Of a stretch of 64,000 nucleotides of DNA, positions 37,803 to 51,000 are shown piece by piece (position 1 is the first letter of the stretch; every line of letters starts with the position of its first letter). The position numbers and the translations under genes are program-made. The notes below the pieces were generated by a model. The model made no database searches. It was not told the origin of the DNA and saw only the letters and a list, made by a program, of their open reading frames with translations. This DNA comes from Octopus vulgaris (taxonomy: Eukaryota), in NCBI GenBank assembly GCA_951406725.2, contig OX597817.1, positions 110,546,001 through 110,610,000 of the forward strand, read 5' to 3'.

Positions 37803-38639
37803 AAATTATGCTATGGTACAAATTGAGAGAAAATAACAAGAAATCAGAAATTATTCATTTTGACGCAGTTACCAATTTTACCCCACTTTCATATAGTAAT
37901 TCCAAGAGTGTGACAGAATGGCGAAAAATATATGAAAAAAGAAAAAGGTTCTATTTAATGAGACATTTCAATATATATGCAATAATTCTAAAGGTGAAAA
38001 AAAATGCTTTTAGCTGTTGAAAGATCTAATTTTATAATTAAAACTAAATTCAAAAGTTTTCTTTACTCACTTCCTTCATAAAATAAGACCAGTTTTCAAA
38101 TCCTCACTGAAATAAGTTTAGAAGTAGAAATGTGTGTGTGTGTGTGTGTGCATGCATACATGCGTGCATGTGTATGCCTTTAACTGCTATTGCACAAACA
38201 CACATACACTCACAGATGCATACATACAATTTCAGGAGTGTTCTGTTGTTTCCCTTTTATCCGTTGTCCCAAAAGCAGTTTGGGTATTAATCTGTTTTTT
38301 AATTGAATTATTTAGTGTCTCTACAGTGGCAAAAAATCTATGGGTATTTATCATAAAAGAGAATCCATTACATTTTTTTAAGAAGTCAAGATACCTTTGT
38401 ATATTGAAAGAGAGCCTGATGAAGCTATGTTGACTTAATTCGAATACCCTATGAAGATGAAGAACTTTATTCTTGCATTTATTTATAGACAGCATTTTGG
38501 CAACTGATCAGAAACGGCCATAAGATATGTTACATCACCTATTTGTTATGTCATGCTTTGTATTAAAAAATAAGCTACAAATGTGGTCCAATCGATGTGT
38601 TTGTCAATCTGAGGTTTTCTCCATTTTCTGATAATTTGC

Positions 38640-38675
<36 letters not shown>

Positions 38676-38699
38676 CCATGTTGGACTGCTGAACTCGAC

Positions 38700-38870
38700 A
38701 AGTTTTTTCATTCTTTCTCTGTTTATTTTCTCTTATTCCTTTCTGTTGAAGAGTGTAGGCTCGAAACATAAAAGACTTTTTCATTTTTCCCTAGCATCAA
38801 ACTAATACACCTGCTTGTTGTTTGTACACCTGTCTTTGTCTTTTGTTTTTCTATAAATTTCAACTATATA
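38700..38870 (+). mobile_element. Short Penelope-terminus-like repeat with an atypical HHR-like motif
   Basis: CTTT-CTGTTGA-A-GAGT(GTAG)GCTC-GAAA-CA-TA-AAAG at 38739-38774. It lies between (TA)n tracts and has a related inverted copy at 39003-39185. Confidence 0.55.
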
Positions 38871-39002
38871 TATATATATATAGTTATACTTGGGGATGGT
38901 CATTTTTGGCAACTAAATTTAATTGGTAAAATATGGCCATCCCTTATCTGTTCAACACATGATTTCACATCAGGAATCTTGCGGAATAAATACATATATA
39001 CA

Positions 39003-39185
39003 TAGGGGAAGAATTCACAAAAAAAAAAGACAGCTGGTGTAGACAACAAACAGATGTATTAATATAATGCTCGGGAAGTGAAAAAGTCTTTAACATTTCG
39101 AGCCTATGCTCTTCCACAGAAAGGAACACAGAAAGAAACAAGGAGAGAAAATAAAGAATGTGTGGCTAGTGATCTACCATGGCAA
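39003..39185 (-). mobile_element. Related copy of the 38700-38870 repeat, inverted
   Basis: Minus strand reads CTTT-CTGTGGA-A-GAGC(ATAG)GCTC-GAAA-TG-TT-AAAG at 39088-39123 and shares the downstream TAATACA.CTG.TTGTTG block. Confidence 0.55.
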
Positions 39186-40814
39186 AGTATGATAGTATAT
39201 ACATACTTACACACACACATACACACACTCTATCATGTTCACCTTTTGAGCTACCTGATGTTATCCACAGTTACAATATAATTTTCACTGGATCTATGTC
39301 AGGAAATCTGCAGTGTTTGTTGAGTTTATAATTGATGGGAGAAACAGAAGATAGATTTAGTACAAATATTTATTCAGCACAACAATTGCTTTGAGCCACC
39401 CTGCAAATATCCCTTAGGGATAGGATATTGTGCATCTAGTTGTGTTGCATCAATCATTGCAGGCTGTGTCACTTCAGGTGCTTGGTGTAAAGAAGTTATC
39501 TCACTCAAGGAGGATATCTTCTTTTGTTTTCTACACACCTGTATACCTTTTACAAACATTTCTGGTATAATCCTTCCTCTAAAATTTATTCTTCTCAAAC
39601 TGCTTTTTTACTCAGGTCTTTAACCAAGATATTAATCTCTGATAATTCACACTAAACACTATCAATTAACATATTAACTTGATCCAACTATTCTACTATT
39701 GAAGTTCAAATGGGCTTCCAGGGACTAGCAAACAAAAAGAAATGTTTTTATTCTTTTGAAATTTCTTTCCTTTAAAGGTTTTGAAATGCATACTAATTAC
39801 TAATTTTTAAAAAATTGAATCTCAGCTGTGAATTTAAATTTGCTTTAAACCGAACTACAACCGCTTAAAACTTTTACATCACTAACATGGAAACATAATT
39901 GGAAAAATATGTTAAATTAATCCATTCTAGAAAAAGAAAAAGAAATGTGTTTTGAGAAAGACACCAAATCATATTTTTAAATTTTACTTGAGCCATACAA
40001 ATTTTATTAAAGTTTTAGTGAACATGGAGGAATCAACTGATTATATTAACTTTGAATTTTCTTTTCATAGTTAGTGTTAATTAATTAAAAAGTTCATTAA
40101 TTACAGTCAAAGGTCATTGAATTCAGTAGTGTTTTAACTTCTTCTAATGTTTTGGCCTTTTAAAAGCCTGTGTATGAAAAACAATTACAGGCAGCTGCAT
40201 AATTCATGGAATCATAATGTTTCATAGTGTAGTTGTAGACTTTACTATTAATATTGATATGCATTATAAACAGGTTTGGATCAGAGGAAGACAAAAAAAT
40301 TAATCGTTCATTTGTATGTATAATGGTGTATCATTTCTAGATAATGATGACTGAAAAGTGAAAGGGGATATCTAGAAGGGGAAAATGATTTTACCTATGA
40401 TTGTTCATGGAGAAAGAAGCTAAGGTAATGAGTTAATCTATATTTTTTCATATGTGTCCTTAAGAAGACTTTGTGCGAATGGAGTGAACTTTAAAAGGCT
40501 TGACATAGAGCTGATATCAGTGGACATGTTATGGGAGTATACTATAAGATTTTTATTCTCTAATTTAGACACACGGTCAGCAATTTTCAGGGAAGGATTA
40601 GTCAGTACTTAACTGTTATTTTATTTTATCAACTTCAAAATGATGAAGGGTAAAGGACTTCAGCTTAGGACAGAAAGAGCTAAAACAAATGCTGCTATGC
40701 ATTCTCCCAAGCTTTGTGTGTGTGTGTGTGTGTGTGTGTGTTGCGTGCGTGTGTGTGTGTGTGAAAGAGAGAAAGAACGTGTGTGTATGAGTGAGTGAAT
40801 GAATGCATACTTTT

Positions 40815-41210
40815 GTTTTGCCCAGGTCAGCTGTGATCCTGCAAACCTATGATCAAAAGCATTCCAGCTGTGTCCACCTTGTTCTAAATATTGTATTTAT
40901 GACTACATTATCCGATGCATTATTCTTGTTTAAAGTGTGTTTGAGGGAGATATACCTAATGTTTCTAGCAAATCAAGTGACTGTTAAAAGTCTGTCATTG
41001 GCTTGGCAATATGTATGTTGTGTTGACAATGTGTATGTTTAGAACCCCTGACCTGGCAGACCTATGATCAAAAGCATTATGATCATGACCATTCAGTGTC
41101 AGGGTATGTCTATTATCCAGTGTGTTTTGTTTAATATGGTAGAGTATGATTTGTGAGAGATTGGCTGCTGTTTCTAGCAAGTTATGCAGCTGTAAAAATG
41201 CTCCTTCATT
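40815..41210 (-). repeat. Two adjacent copies of a short interspersed repeat ((CAA)n-tailed family)
   Basis: ACCTATGATCAAAAGCATT...GTTTCTAGCAA occurs twice. Related copies lie at about 21000-21180, 21470-21640 and 26130-26310. Confidence 0.6.
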
Positions 41211-41550
41211 AGCTGGTCATTACCTGTGTTCATCACTGGTAAAGATGACTTTTCCAAAATATTAAACATATTACCTTAAAACTTTACTATCTCTCACATT
41301 GTTGTTTCATTTTACACTAATTCCATATACTTTTTCAGATGCTTCTGTGCAGAGAATAAGAATTACTGGATTTAGTTTGGAATTTTTAACCTGATGGGAA
41401 AATGTATTCAAAAAATTATTCCTGAAGATAACTAGCTGGCAAAGTGGGTGGCTTAGGGGTATCTGAAACAATAAAAATGAGGAGGAAAATAGGAGCATTG
41501 AATATTTTTTCAGAAGAAACAATTCAGATATGAATATCATGAAATTAAGA

Positions 41551-41666
41551 GCTTTAATACCATAACTATAAACCAGCCGCTTTAAAACCATAATTACCAG
41601 AAGCTTTAATACTTTAATTACCAGAAGCTTTAATACCATAATTACCAGAAGCTTTAATACCATAAT
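41551..41666. repeat. 24-bp minisatellite (GCTTTAATACCATAATTACCAGAA)
   Basis: About 4.5 copies read directly. It generates the MVLKLLVI-repeat ORF artefact. Confidence 0.88.
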
Positions 41667-42450
41667 ATAAACATGACAAAATAAATTTGAAACATAGAAT
41701 TAATAAATGTATGGTATGGTGGTCATTTTTAGTAAAAAAAAAGGGAAAAGTAAAGCAAGTAGAAGTTTTAAATATTGTAATATTTTTCTTCAGCTAATAT
41801 TCATCTGATGGGTTTTCTCCAAATGTAACTGATATATATGACTTAAGGGATTGTCTTTAGAAAAATGGTCTACAAAACACATGAAATAGGTTTTACTATC
41901 TTTACTTTTCTTTCTAATCCTGGTGAATTACACAATATTTTATTTCAGTTTTGCAGACAAACTTATTCTTATTTAATCTTTCTTACACAATATGGCTGAA
42001 AGGAAAACAACTCCAGGGGAGTGTTCTGCATATCAAATACAAATATATTGAGTTTATCTAAGTAATTAATAATAGACAGAAATTCCCTTTTAGGATGTTG
42101 AAAATCTACAAACAATTAGCAAGGAAGATAACTCCATTAAAATCAGTAAAACAAAATGTTTGGACAATATGGGCAATACAAAATGGAGAAAATACAGCTG
42201 TTAAACTACAATGATGTATTTTTAGCATGCAAATTTTAAGCTGGTTTCTATTGATATAAAATAAAATTATATTTATCATTGCTTAATTTTAAAAAATTTC
42301 TATTACAAGTTTGTAGAGATAATTTAGTTTCTTTGTTCAGTATCAATTGTGTGTAATGTGTATTATTGCTGGATGAGTACGGGCACAATCAAAAGGTTGC
42401 TAAGTTTTCTTATTAATTGTGATTCTGGGTTTGATTCCCCTGCATAGCAT

Positions 42451-42906
42451 TGTAGGAAATGAGTTGGCACTGGATGGGTGCTTCACAATTCCATACATAG
42501 TTCATGGAAGGAAAAGGCGAGGACAAGATCTCTCCGAACAAATAATAATTTATTTCTCCTGAATAAACCTTTCATCTCTGGACATTGGTAGCCTGGACGC
42601 CTTGGTGTGGAAGCAGCAGGGTTGGTAGTTGGACACAAAAATACGAAAGCATTTTTACAGGCTCGCAATGTTGCTCGCTGTCAGAATTCCAGTTCCACGG
42701 AGCTGGTCTACGTTGCATCCTGTCTGGTCAGAAGCCGGGGCTGAAGAGGATGAATGGGTGGTCAAGCCTAGCTGCTTCTAACGATTGCGCATGCACATAA
42801 GGGACTTCCGTCAGATCTCTGGAAAGCTCTAATTCTATGCACATGTGTGGATGAATGTTCCACAATGGCATCTAGAGCCAGGCATCTAGAACCAGGCATC
42901 ACTACA
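42451..42906 (-). mobile_element. Solo LTR inserted in a CORE-type SINE
   Basis: GCAT|TGTAGG...CACTACA|GCAT. Removing it restores the SINE sequence GGTTTGATTCCCCTGCATAGCATCTTGGGCAAGT. Orientation is inferred from the TGTAGTGA end shared with 18151-18906. Confidence 0.85.
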
Positions 42907-43214
42907 GCATCTTGGGCAAGTATCTCTTACATTGCCCTGGGTTAAAATAAACTTTGTGAGTGAAATCTGATTGATGGAAACTATGTAGAACCTTATCAGA
43001 TGGACTGAATTTGTAATTCAGTGGTTCAGCCTTGTTACACATTGTGTCACACTGATTCTGCCTGAAGATTATTTGATGGTGTGTGTATGTCTGTGATGGT
43101 ACATGTGTCAGCCACTTAATTTTATGAGTAGATAGCTCCATAGTACAAACAATTGTAACATTCATCATTGAAACCGACACGAGATCCTTCATTGCTGGAT
43201 ATTAAGTAGTACTT

Positions 43215-43556
43215 TTATCTTTTATTTGTTTCAGTCATTAAACTGCAGCCATGCTGGGGCACTACCTTGAAGGGTTTTAGTCAACCCTGTATTTACTTTT
43301 TTAAAACCTGGTATTTATTCTATTGGTCTCTTAGGCCAAACCACTAAGTTATGGGGCTGTAAACACACCAACACCAGTTATCAAGTGGTGGTGGGGACAA
43401 ATTCATACACACAAATATATATATAACAGGCGTTTACTATATAAATCAACATACAATGCTTTGGTCAGCCCAAGGCTGTAAAGGTGCCATGCAATGGATC
43501 TGAACCCTGAATCATGTAGTTGGAAAGCAAGCTTCTTACCACACAGCCACACCTGC
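43215..43556 (-). mobile_element. CORE-type SINE (OR-like)
   Basis: Reverse complement of the family head (CTTACCACACAGCCACACCTGC) and tail. Confidence 0.85.
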
Positions 43557-44283
43557 ACATTTTTTCAAGTTTGCCTTTTTCTTTTTTTGTCATTTATATA
43601 CATTTTCTGTTCAACCATGCAAATATGTTTTTTGCTTGTATTTAAGGAAAGTACCTGTATTTGAAATAGTAACCTGGCAAATGATGTTATTACGTGTCCT
43701 GTTCAACATTTTACTACCATTTTGCTTTCTCTCATTATTTCTATATCATTATCTTTGCAATCCTAGTTTTATTTAGTTCTGTTTACTAAAAAAAATTCAG
43801 GGAACTAGAGACAAGATAGATAAACAGAGTACATGCATACATATCAAATTTAACTCTTATCACAAGCTGCCAAACCCTTATACAAAAAGGAAAGCATGTT
43901 TAAAAGTATGGACTTCTATGTAAAGGAGAATCAAGAAACAAATTTAAGTACTTAATAGAAGAACCTCAAGTTTGGATGTCTATAAAATAAACTACCAGCA
44001 TGTTACACCTCCATGGAGAATTAATAGTGTTCCACCCACAAAATATCTTTTACATATCTAAATTTATCTTTTCTTCTTCCAATGTTTACTAAAATCTAAA
44101 AAGGATTTAGTATCCTTTTTTAGAGTTTTTATGCTCTTCAGACAAATAAGTAACTTATCTCTACCAGCATCTTCCATGAAAAGTTGTTCAGATATATGAT
44201 GATAAAATGATATAACACATAAATATATTTATTGTGTGTGTGTGTGGATGTGTGTGTGTATACATAAATGACATGTGCATGCA

Positions 44284-45800
44284 CATCATCATCATTGTCA
44301 TTCCTCAGTGTACAGAATTTGATTCTGTTGTATTTATATGTTCTTAGATGGTAGTATGAGCCAGTTTTAGCTGTAAAATGATGCTGCTCTTAAGGACATG
44401 AGAATTGAAGCAGAGCTGAGTCAAAAAGTCCTCGTTATCAGCCTGTTCTTCTCTGTTGATGTCTCTTGTCAGCCTTCTGTTTACAACTTTCAAAGAAGTC
44501 ATATCCAACATTACATTTTCTCCTTCAAAGCAGGCAATCATATGCGTCAAAGAAACATAGATATTAAAGTTTTTATATGCTTACTTTAGTTGACCCTTCT
44601 ATTGCCATCTCAGTTTTCCTACTGGATGTGTTCCTTCTTTCCCTTTTTCATACATAAGCACCTTCAGCTGTTCAATCCCTCCCAGTTGGTATCTAACACC
44701 TCATCAATGCCATTAAATCTCTTTTAATCAAGAATTTTATTTTGTCACATGGTCTTGCCAACATATGTGCAGGAAGATTTGCAACTTTGTCTAATGGAAA
44801 TGTTCCAATCTTTTTATGCTTTTTCAATAAGCTTCCAGATTTCAAGATGTTGTGAGAATAATTGCTTTGCAAACCAACAACTTAGTGCATATTTTGACCA
44901 ATTTCTTGAAGATAGCATGTGCAGGATGAATATGATATGAAATTTTATGGGATGCAGTGCCATCTTTATTGTAGATATTTTCTCTGTAACAGAAATGAGT
45001 AACCTGTTCAACAGAGTGGGGAGTTGTGAATTTGAATTTGAAAAGTGGAATTTGTACCTAGACCTTTCTTTTCATTTTTAATATGTGCTTCTATATGAAA
45101 GTGTTCCCTAGCATTCGCAGATTTACCTAATGTATCTTGTAGATTTTCAGAACTGTACTCCCCTCCAATATTATCATCAGAAATATAAAGTATGGTTCCT
45201 TCAGTTATTTTGGGTCTCTGAAAGTCGAAAACACATAATGGTACTTACTGGAAATTCCAACTGAGATTTGAGCTATTCATTGTGGCATAGCTGCAACATA
45301 TTGACTAAACAGGACAGGAGTAAGAACTCCCTCTTTAACATTTGTTCCAGTAGAGAATGATGGAAAAAAAAGCTTAATTCATAGAGTATCCATCATTTTC
45401 ATGTAGAGCCTTCACAGCTTTTAAGAGATACAACAGGAATCCCAGAACCATTTATGTGCTTTCCACATTGTGTAATGTGGTACTGAATAAAAAATCTTAA
45501 CAAGAAAATTGTGCGTAGATAAGGCTCTTGTTCAAGGCATTTTTCTTGGATCTGTCATAAGGAAAAGATCATATTGATTATTCCATGATCAGGTCTAATC
45601 ACATATCGGTTTTCCAGAAGAATTAATTCTGCAATCAGAAGGAATTTTGTAGCAAAGGAAAGAAGAGATGATACCTTGATAGTTTACATACTGTATATAT
45701 TCTCTCTCTCTCTCATATAGTTACAATGATAGCATTTTTCAAACCTGCAGTTACTTTACCTTGTTCCCAGGCACAGAAGATAAGGTGATGAATCATAAGA
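44284..45800 (-). mobile_element. Highly decayed LINE (probably RTE)
   Basis: (CAT)n tail at ~44285, plus weak RT-like remnants on the minus strand. Confidence 0.45.
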
Positions 45801-48800
45801 GAAGGATTTGACTATTACATCTTATAAGTTCTACTTGAATTTGATCCACTCCTGCAAATTTATTGTTTTGCATTTTTGAGACTACCACGTTAACTGTGCT
45901 GAAAGTAGAACATCCAGGTCTAGAAAAACAATTTGGTATGGGACATTGTCAGTACATTCAGGTGGTGAATTTTGCTGATGATTAAGTAAATTTATAAAAT
46001 GTTCTTGATATATTTCCAGTACAGCTTCTTTTTTTTTTTATTATTATAGTGAAATTTCCATCCAAAGATTGAATTACCATCATTCTCATGTTTATGGGGC
46101 CAAAAATCTTTTGAATAATTCAAAGAAGTTTCTTTATTGGGTTTGACTGCATGCGCTTAAATATCTTTGCTTTTGACATTTCACTATTAATTTTGTAAAT
46201 TTCTAATCCTTTATTATGTTTCCAACTTCATTTCATGATAAACTCTAAAAATCAGCCAAATAACTAACCAGTATTTGTATCGGTTATTATTATACAGCCA
46301 AGCATGACTATCTGACTTTATAATTTGAATTGTTCTGTTTGTTAAATTTAGCTTTTCACTTTTCTGCAATTAGAAATTTTAATGTGTGATCTTTTTCATC
46401 GAATTAATCAGGTTGCTGTCAATGAAGTGATCCAAGATTTTTTTTGTGCAGTGTAAAGTACTGCTGATTTAAGAAGGCACCACTTTCCTTCAATCAAGAT
46501 TCTGCAGTTTAGTTGATTAGAAAGACTTTTACTCAAGGTGGTGAATAATTGTTGCTAAGACTGGCATCTTAATTTCTTCCTCCCAATATGTTGGATTCTA
46601 AGCAAATTTTTTAAATTTAAATTCTTAATTTCCTTAAAATTTTGTGGCCTGTTCTAAAGTCATTAATGCATTATATTGAACTAGTAAGCTGAATATCAAA
46701 TGTAGCTTGTCTTTGAAGGACAAGAAAATCAGTTAGATGGCAATAGTTTGAATGGAGATACACCAATGTAATTTTGTTTTAGTGTTAATTGAAATGGATT
46801 TATCTATTATTTATACTGATAACTTGATTTCTAATGTTTATAAGTAATCATATTTCTAAGGAAATACTGCATCCTTGTATTTCTATTGATTTTTAAAGAA
46901 GTCAAGAATTAAGAGAGAGTTAATAAAATAGTTAACTTCTCCATCAGAAAACATCAGGGAAAAATTTGGAAAAAGCATTATATTTGAGTGTAAGAAAAAT
47001 AAAAGATATGAGAATAAAAGGTATTGCTCATTTTTAGGTACAAAAGCAGATGTTGCAATAGATTTGAAATTACACTGTACTTTAGTGAATTTGATAGTCA
47101 TAAACACTTTCAAACAGACAGCTTTATATCTTAGAACCAGGTGCATTGTCTGGTAGTTTGATGTTAAAAAAAGTTTATATTGTACTTCTGCCCTTTCTAC
47201 TTAGTAAAAATAATATAAAGACTCTTCACCAACTAGACACTGTATTATAGAATTAAACATTTACTATCTATTATTGGGCATGCTTTAGATAAAGAGTAGA
47301 AAATCTGGTTGTCAGATGAGATGTTATGTATCTTGTTAAAAGCTGTCTAAATCATGTTGGAGCAAAAAAGTAAGTGTGACTCAGCTCAAAACTAAACAGA
47401 AGTGGGTATCAAATAAACTATAGTTTGTTTGAAATGTCACCGATATCAAATGGAGTTTCGAATTTCAAAGTAGTACTTCCTCATCTTTAAACTCTGTCAC
47501 TTTTATCTATATCATCATTGTTTACTTCTCTTATTGATTTTTATTAGTAATCATTGATACAACCAGCTTTTTGAAGTTCTGATTTAATTTCCTTTTTCCT
47601 TATTTTTAGTTTGAAATTAAGTTGGTATTCCAGCATCTTGTACCATGTGGTTAACTTTGGTATAATTCCAACATGTTATCTTCAATTATTTGTTGAAATA
47701 TGTAGGAACTTTGAAAGTATACTTTTGCCACCATGGGTGATATCAGGAAATATGGCATACATACAATAATTATGATTTAATTTTTATCAAATTTCTTGGA
47801 GCTCATTACAAAATGATGAAATGAAACAAATTTCTCATTTGTATCTTTGCAATAAATATATCATTTTTCTAAATTTCATCATGTTCAAACCATCAAAAAC
47901 CTGTCTCTGCAAAATTTCATAAAAAATGTGTATTTTTCAGAAAGTTATCATCACCTGCCACCAAGGCTTGCATGTTCATTAATCCTGTACCTTTTATGTT
48001 ATTTCTCTCTGTATTTTTTGTAACTTTCTCTCTTCCTCTCTCTATGTGATATAAAGTGTGGTTGGAGAAATCAATCAATCAACATTTAAATCAGTTATTA
48101 TTATATACAGATAAATAAGACTGTGTGTGTGTGCAGATATGCACTATAAATGGTTGTGTTTGAGGGGAAAATATTAAAAATTTATGTTAGCAATATCAGA
48201 AATGTACATCAAAATAACTTTCCTCTCTGAAAAAAATTTCAGTTTTGAAACATGGCAGAATATGACTAAAATAAGTGTTTATACATTGATACTGTTTGAA
48301 CAATTGTTATTTTTGTTTGCATCTTTCATAACAATGCATTCTTTAGATTATTTTTTGACATATCAAGACCAATAGAATAAAAATATCTTTATCAAAACAA
48401 CTCATGGTTGGTAATAGAAAGGGTATCGGGCCATGAAATACTGCTTTAATAACTCTTATTCAAGCCATGCCAGCATAGAAAAGTAAATGTAAAAACAAAG
48501 ATGATAGTGATGATGAACAACTGGTATAAAAGGAAAATGTCCAAGTACATTAAAAAATTTAGGACGATAACTGAAGTTTAAAGGATTTCAAGATTTTTTT
48601 CAATCCAGAGTAAGTTAAAAAGAACATGATAACAATTCTATGAAAGTAAGTTTTACTTAGTCATGTTTCTAATGTTAAATTCAGCTCTGCAATTAGCAAC
48701 AGCAGTTCACTGATACTGTTGCAAACTTCTGATTTATTTCTATTTGAAACATCAAAGTAATGATATTTTATACTAGTCGGTTTCCTTGTGAATATAGCAG

Positions 48801-49878
48801 ACACAATTCTTCTCAAATAAATTTTGTTTATCAAAAGATTTAGAAGCTGGCTTTCATTGAGAGCCAAGCAATATTTTATCTCTCAGCATGTACTTTTCTC
48901 AGAAGCGATATAGCATGCATCCATATATCACTGCTATTCTAGGATGCATTTAAAAAGAAGCTGGCCAATTGATTCAATAAACCATTTCTAATTTTTAAAA
49001 AAACAAACCCAAGACCCTGTACTTCTGCAGTGTTATTTTCACTTTCTGCTCATCTCATCAGAACCTTCTGCTTGCTCTCCACTTATTAAAGAATTACAGC
49101 TTTCAATTGATTTTTCACTACCTATTATGTACCTATAATATATTTTTCAACACAAAATCCCAGTTATTTGTTTTAAATAATCAAAGAGAGAAGTAGAGCA
49201 GCAGTGCCCATAATCTTTCCAGGATAGTGGAAACTGGTAGAGATTAATGTAGTTAATTCTCAATTTGAATTCTTGACAGTTAGGTGCAAACATAGACAAG
49301 GAAAGAGTTTCAGAGAATACTGTCAGATCTGCTTACCTGGTTAGAATTTAAGAAGCAAAGAAATTTCCCCTTCTCGATAAGACTAGGTTAAGATAAGAGA
49401 GTGCAAAAGTTGAATTGTTATATGCATGCTGAGAATTTAGCCTATGATAAATCTGTGAGATGACATTTAACAACAGTTTTATTTGTATTCTCTATTGGTC
49501 AATAAATCAATGTAGCTGTGACAAGCTATATGAACTATTATAAATAATACGTATGAAATGAAGCTTCAAATTATCTCAAAGTAGTGAATATCTCTGAGAT
49601 GAAGAGCATTCTACAGGTCTTTTAATCATCACCATCATAATGATGATGATGATGATGATCATCATCATCATACATCTAACTTCCATGCTAGCATGAGTTG
49701 GACAGTTTGACAGGAGCCAGCAAGATGGAGAGCTGCACCAGGTTCCAACATATATATATATGAATGTATGTATGTATGTATGTATATATATAAATAAACA
49801 ATTGCAGTGGGGAAGGTGTTTATAAGCCATTTAAAAACACACAAAAACCATTAGACTCACTTCAACATTTAAATTTAA

Positions 49879-49929
49879 TTTGCCAAAATATTTTCGTCGC
49901 TTTGAGACCGCAACCTGATCACTGACAAA
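49879..49929 (-). ncRNA. Minimal type I hammerhead motif, G3-C8 core variant
   Basis: Minus strand reads TTTGTCA-GTGATCA-G-GTTGC(GGTCTCAAA)GCGAC-GAAA-ATAT-TT-TGGCAAA. It has a 7-bp stem I, a 5-bp stem II and a palindromic stem III (AATATT), and lies in a ~150-bp insert adjoining (TA)n. Confidence 0.6.
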
Positions 49930-50882
49930 ATTCCATGCTAAGCATCTGCTTTTCCATGCTTGTATGAGTCAAACAAAGTTTATTGAGTCAATTTTTCTAC
50001 AGTTTAAATTATAAACTACTACTACTATTACTGCTGCTGCTGTTGCAATTATTTGGCAGAATTTACAGTGTGGATAGAAAATGTTGAAGGTTCATGTGTA
50101 TGCACATAAACACACACACACAAACACATTAACATGCTTACACATACATACATACCTGTATTTTGTGTGTGTGTGTGCGTGTGTGTGCAGGCATGAAAAG
50201 TGACTAAGGTATAAACTTATTCAAAAAATTTTCCCTCAAAATAATGAGTTTGTACTTTACTTATGTAAGAAAACAAATTTAACAATGATCACTGAGAGCT
50301 TTCAGTGATTATTTTAATATAATGTTGGTATCAAAATAGCAACAGATATTTTCATATACTATAATTTCTCAATGATTGTGTCATTAACGAAACAATGAGT
50401 AAAATTGTTGCCTTACAGCATTTAACCCTTTAGCATTTAGCTTACTCTAACAAATATAATGCTTATTAATTCACATTGTTTTGAATTAAACATGCATTAT
50501 CTTGTAGCTTTGAGATTTTTTTAGATTGACATTGTAGGGTAAGTACAAGAGGCTGGATTCTTTCCAATTTTAACATAAAATATGAAACTTACAAATATGA
50601 AACTTAGTGCAATTAAAAGAATTCAGTGTATGTATAATTTTCATTTACAGATGCAGATAGTTAAAAAGTTTACTTTGCACTCATGAGATCCCAGCTTTGA
50701 TCCTATTGTGTGGCATCTTGGATAAGTCTGTCACCATAGCTTCGAGGCAGTCTGAGCCTTGTTCATGAATCTGGATAGACAGAAACTATTTGCATGGCCG
50801 TTGAATGGATTTTACCAATAAATCAAAGATCCAGCCTTGTCATACCCTGTGCTATACTGATTCTTTCTGAAAATTACATTAA

Positions 50883-51000
50883 CCCTTTGAGCCCTGACCG
50901 CCTGAACCTTATTTTACCATATACCCAGCACTCCACTAATGCTACGGTATAGAGAAAAATAAGCCATTCACATGTAAACTGGTGTTACGGGCTCAAAGGA
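50883..51000. mobile_element. piggyBac-like MITE (TTAA TSD) inside a SINE
   Basis: TTAA|CCCTTTGAGCCC...GGGCTCAAAGGA|TTAA. Confidence 0.85.

Noticed and set aside
41307-41663. ORF with MVLKLLVI repeats
   Set aside because: Translation of a 24-bp minisatellite; no splice or homology support.
41551-41666. Regularly repeated unit resembling a CRISPR array
   Set aside because: The units are head-to-tail with no unique spacers, the context is eukaryotic, and there are no cas genes.
49030-49065. Minus-strand CTGATGAGATGAGCAGAAAG
   Set aside because: The core words are present, but stems I-III do not pair.
48660-49200. Possible hAT transposase C-terminal remnant on the minus strand
   Set aside because: Only vague resemblance (YLRRIVSA vs YLCExxFS), and no termini were found.
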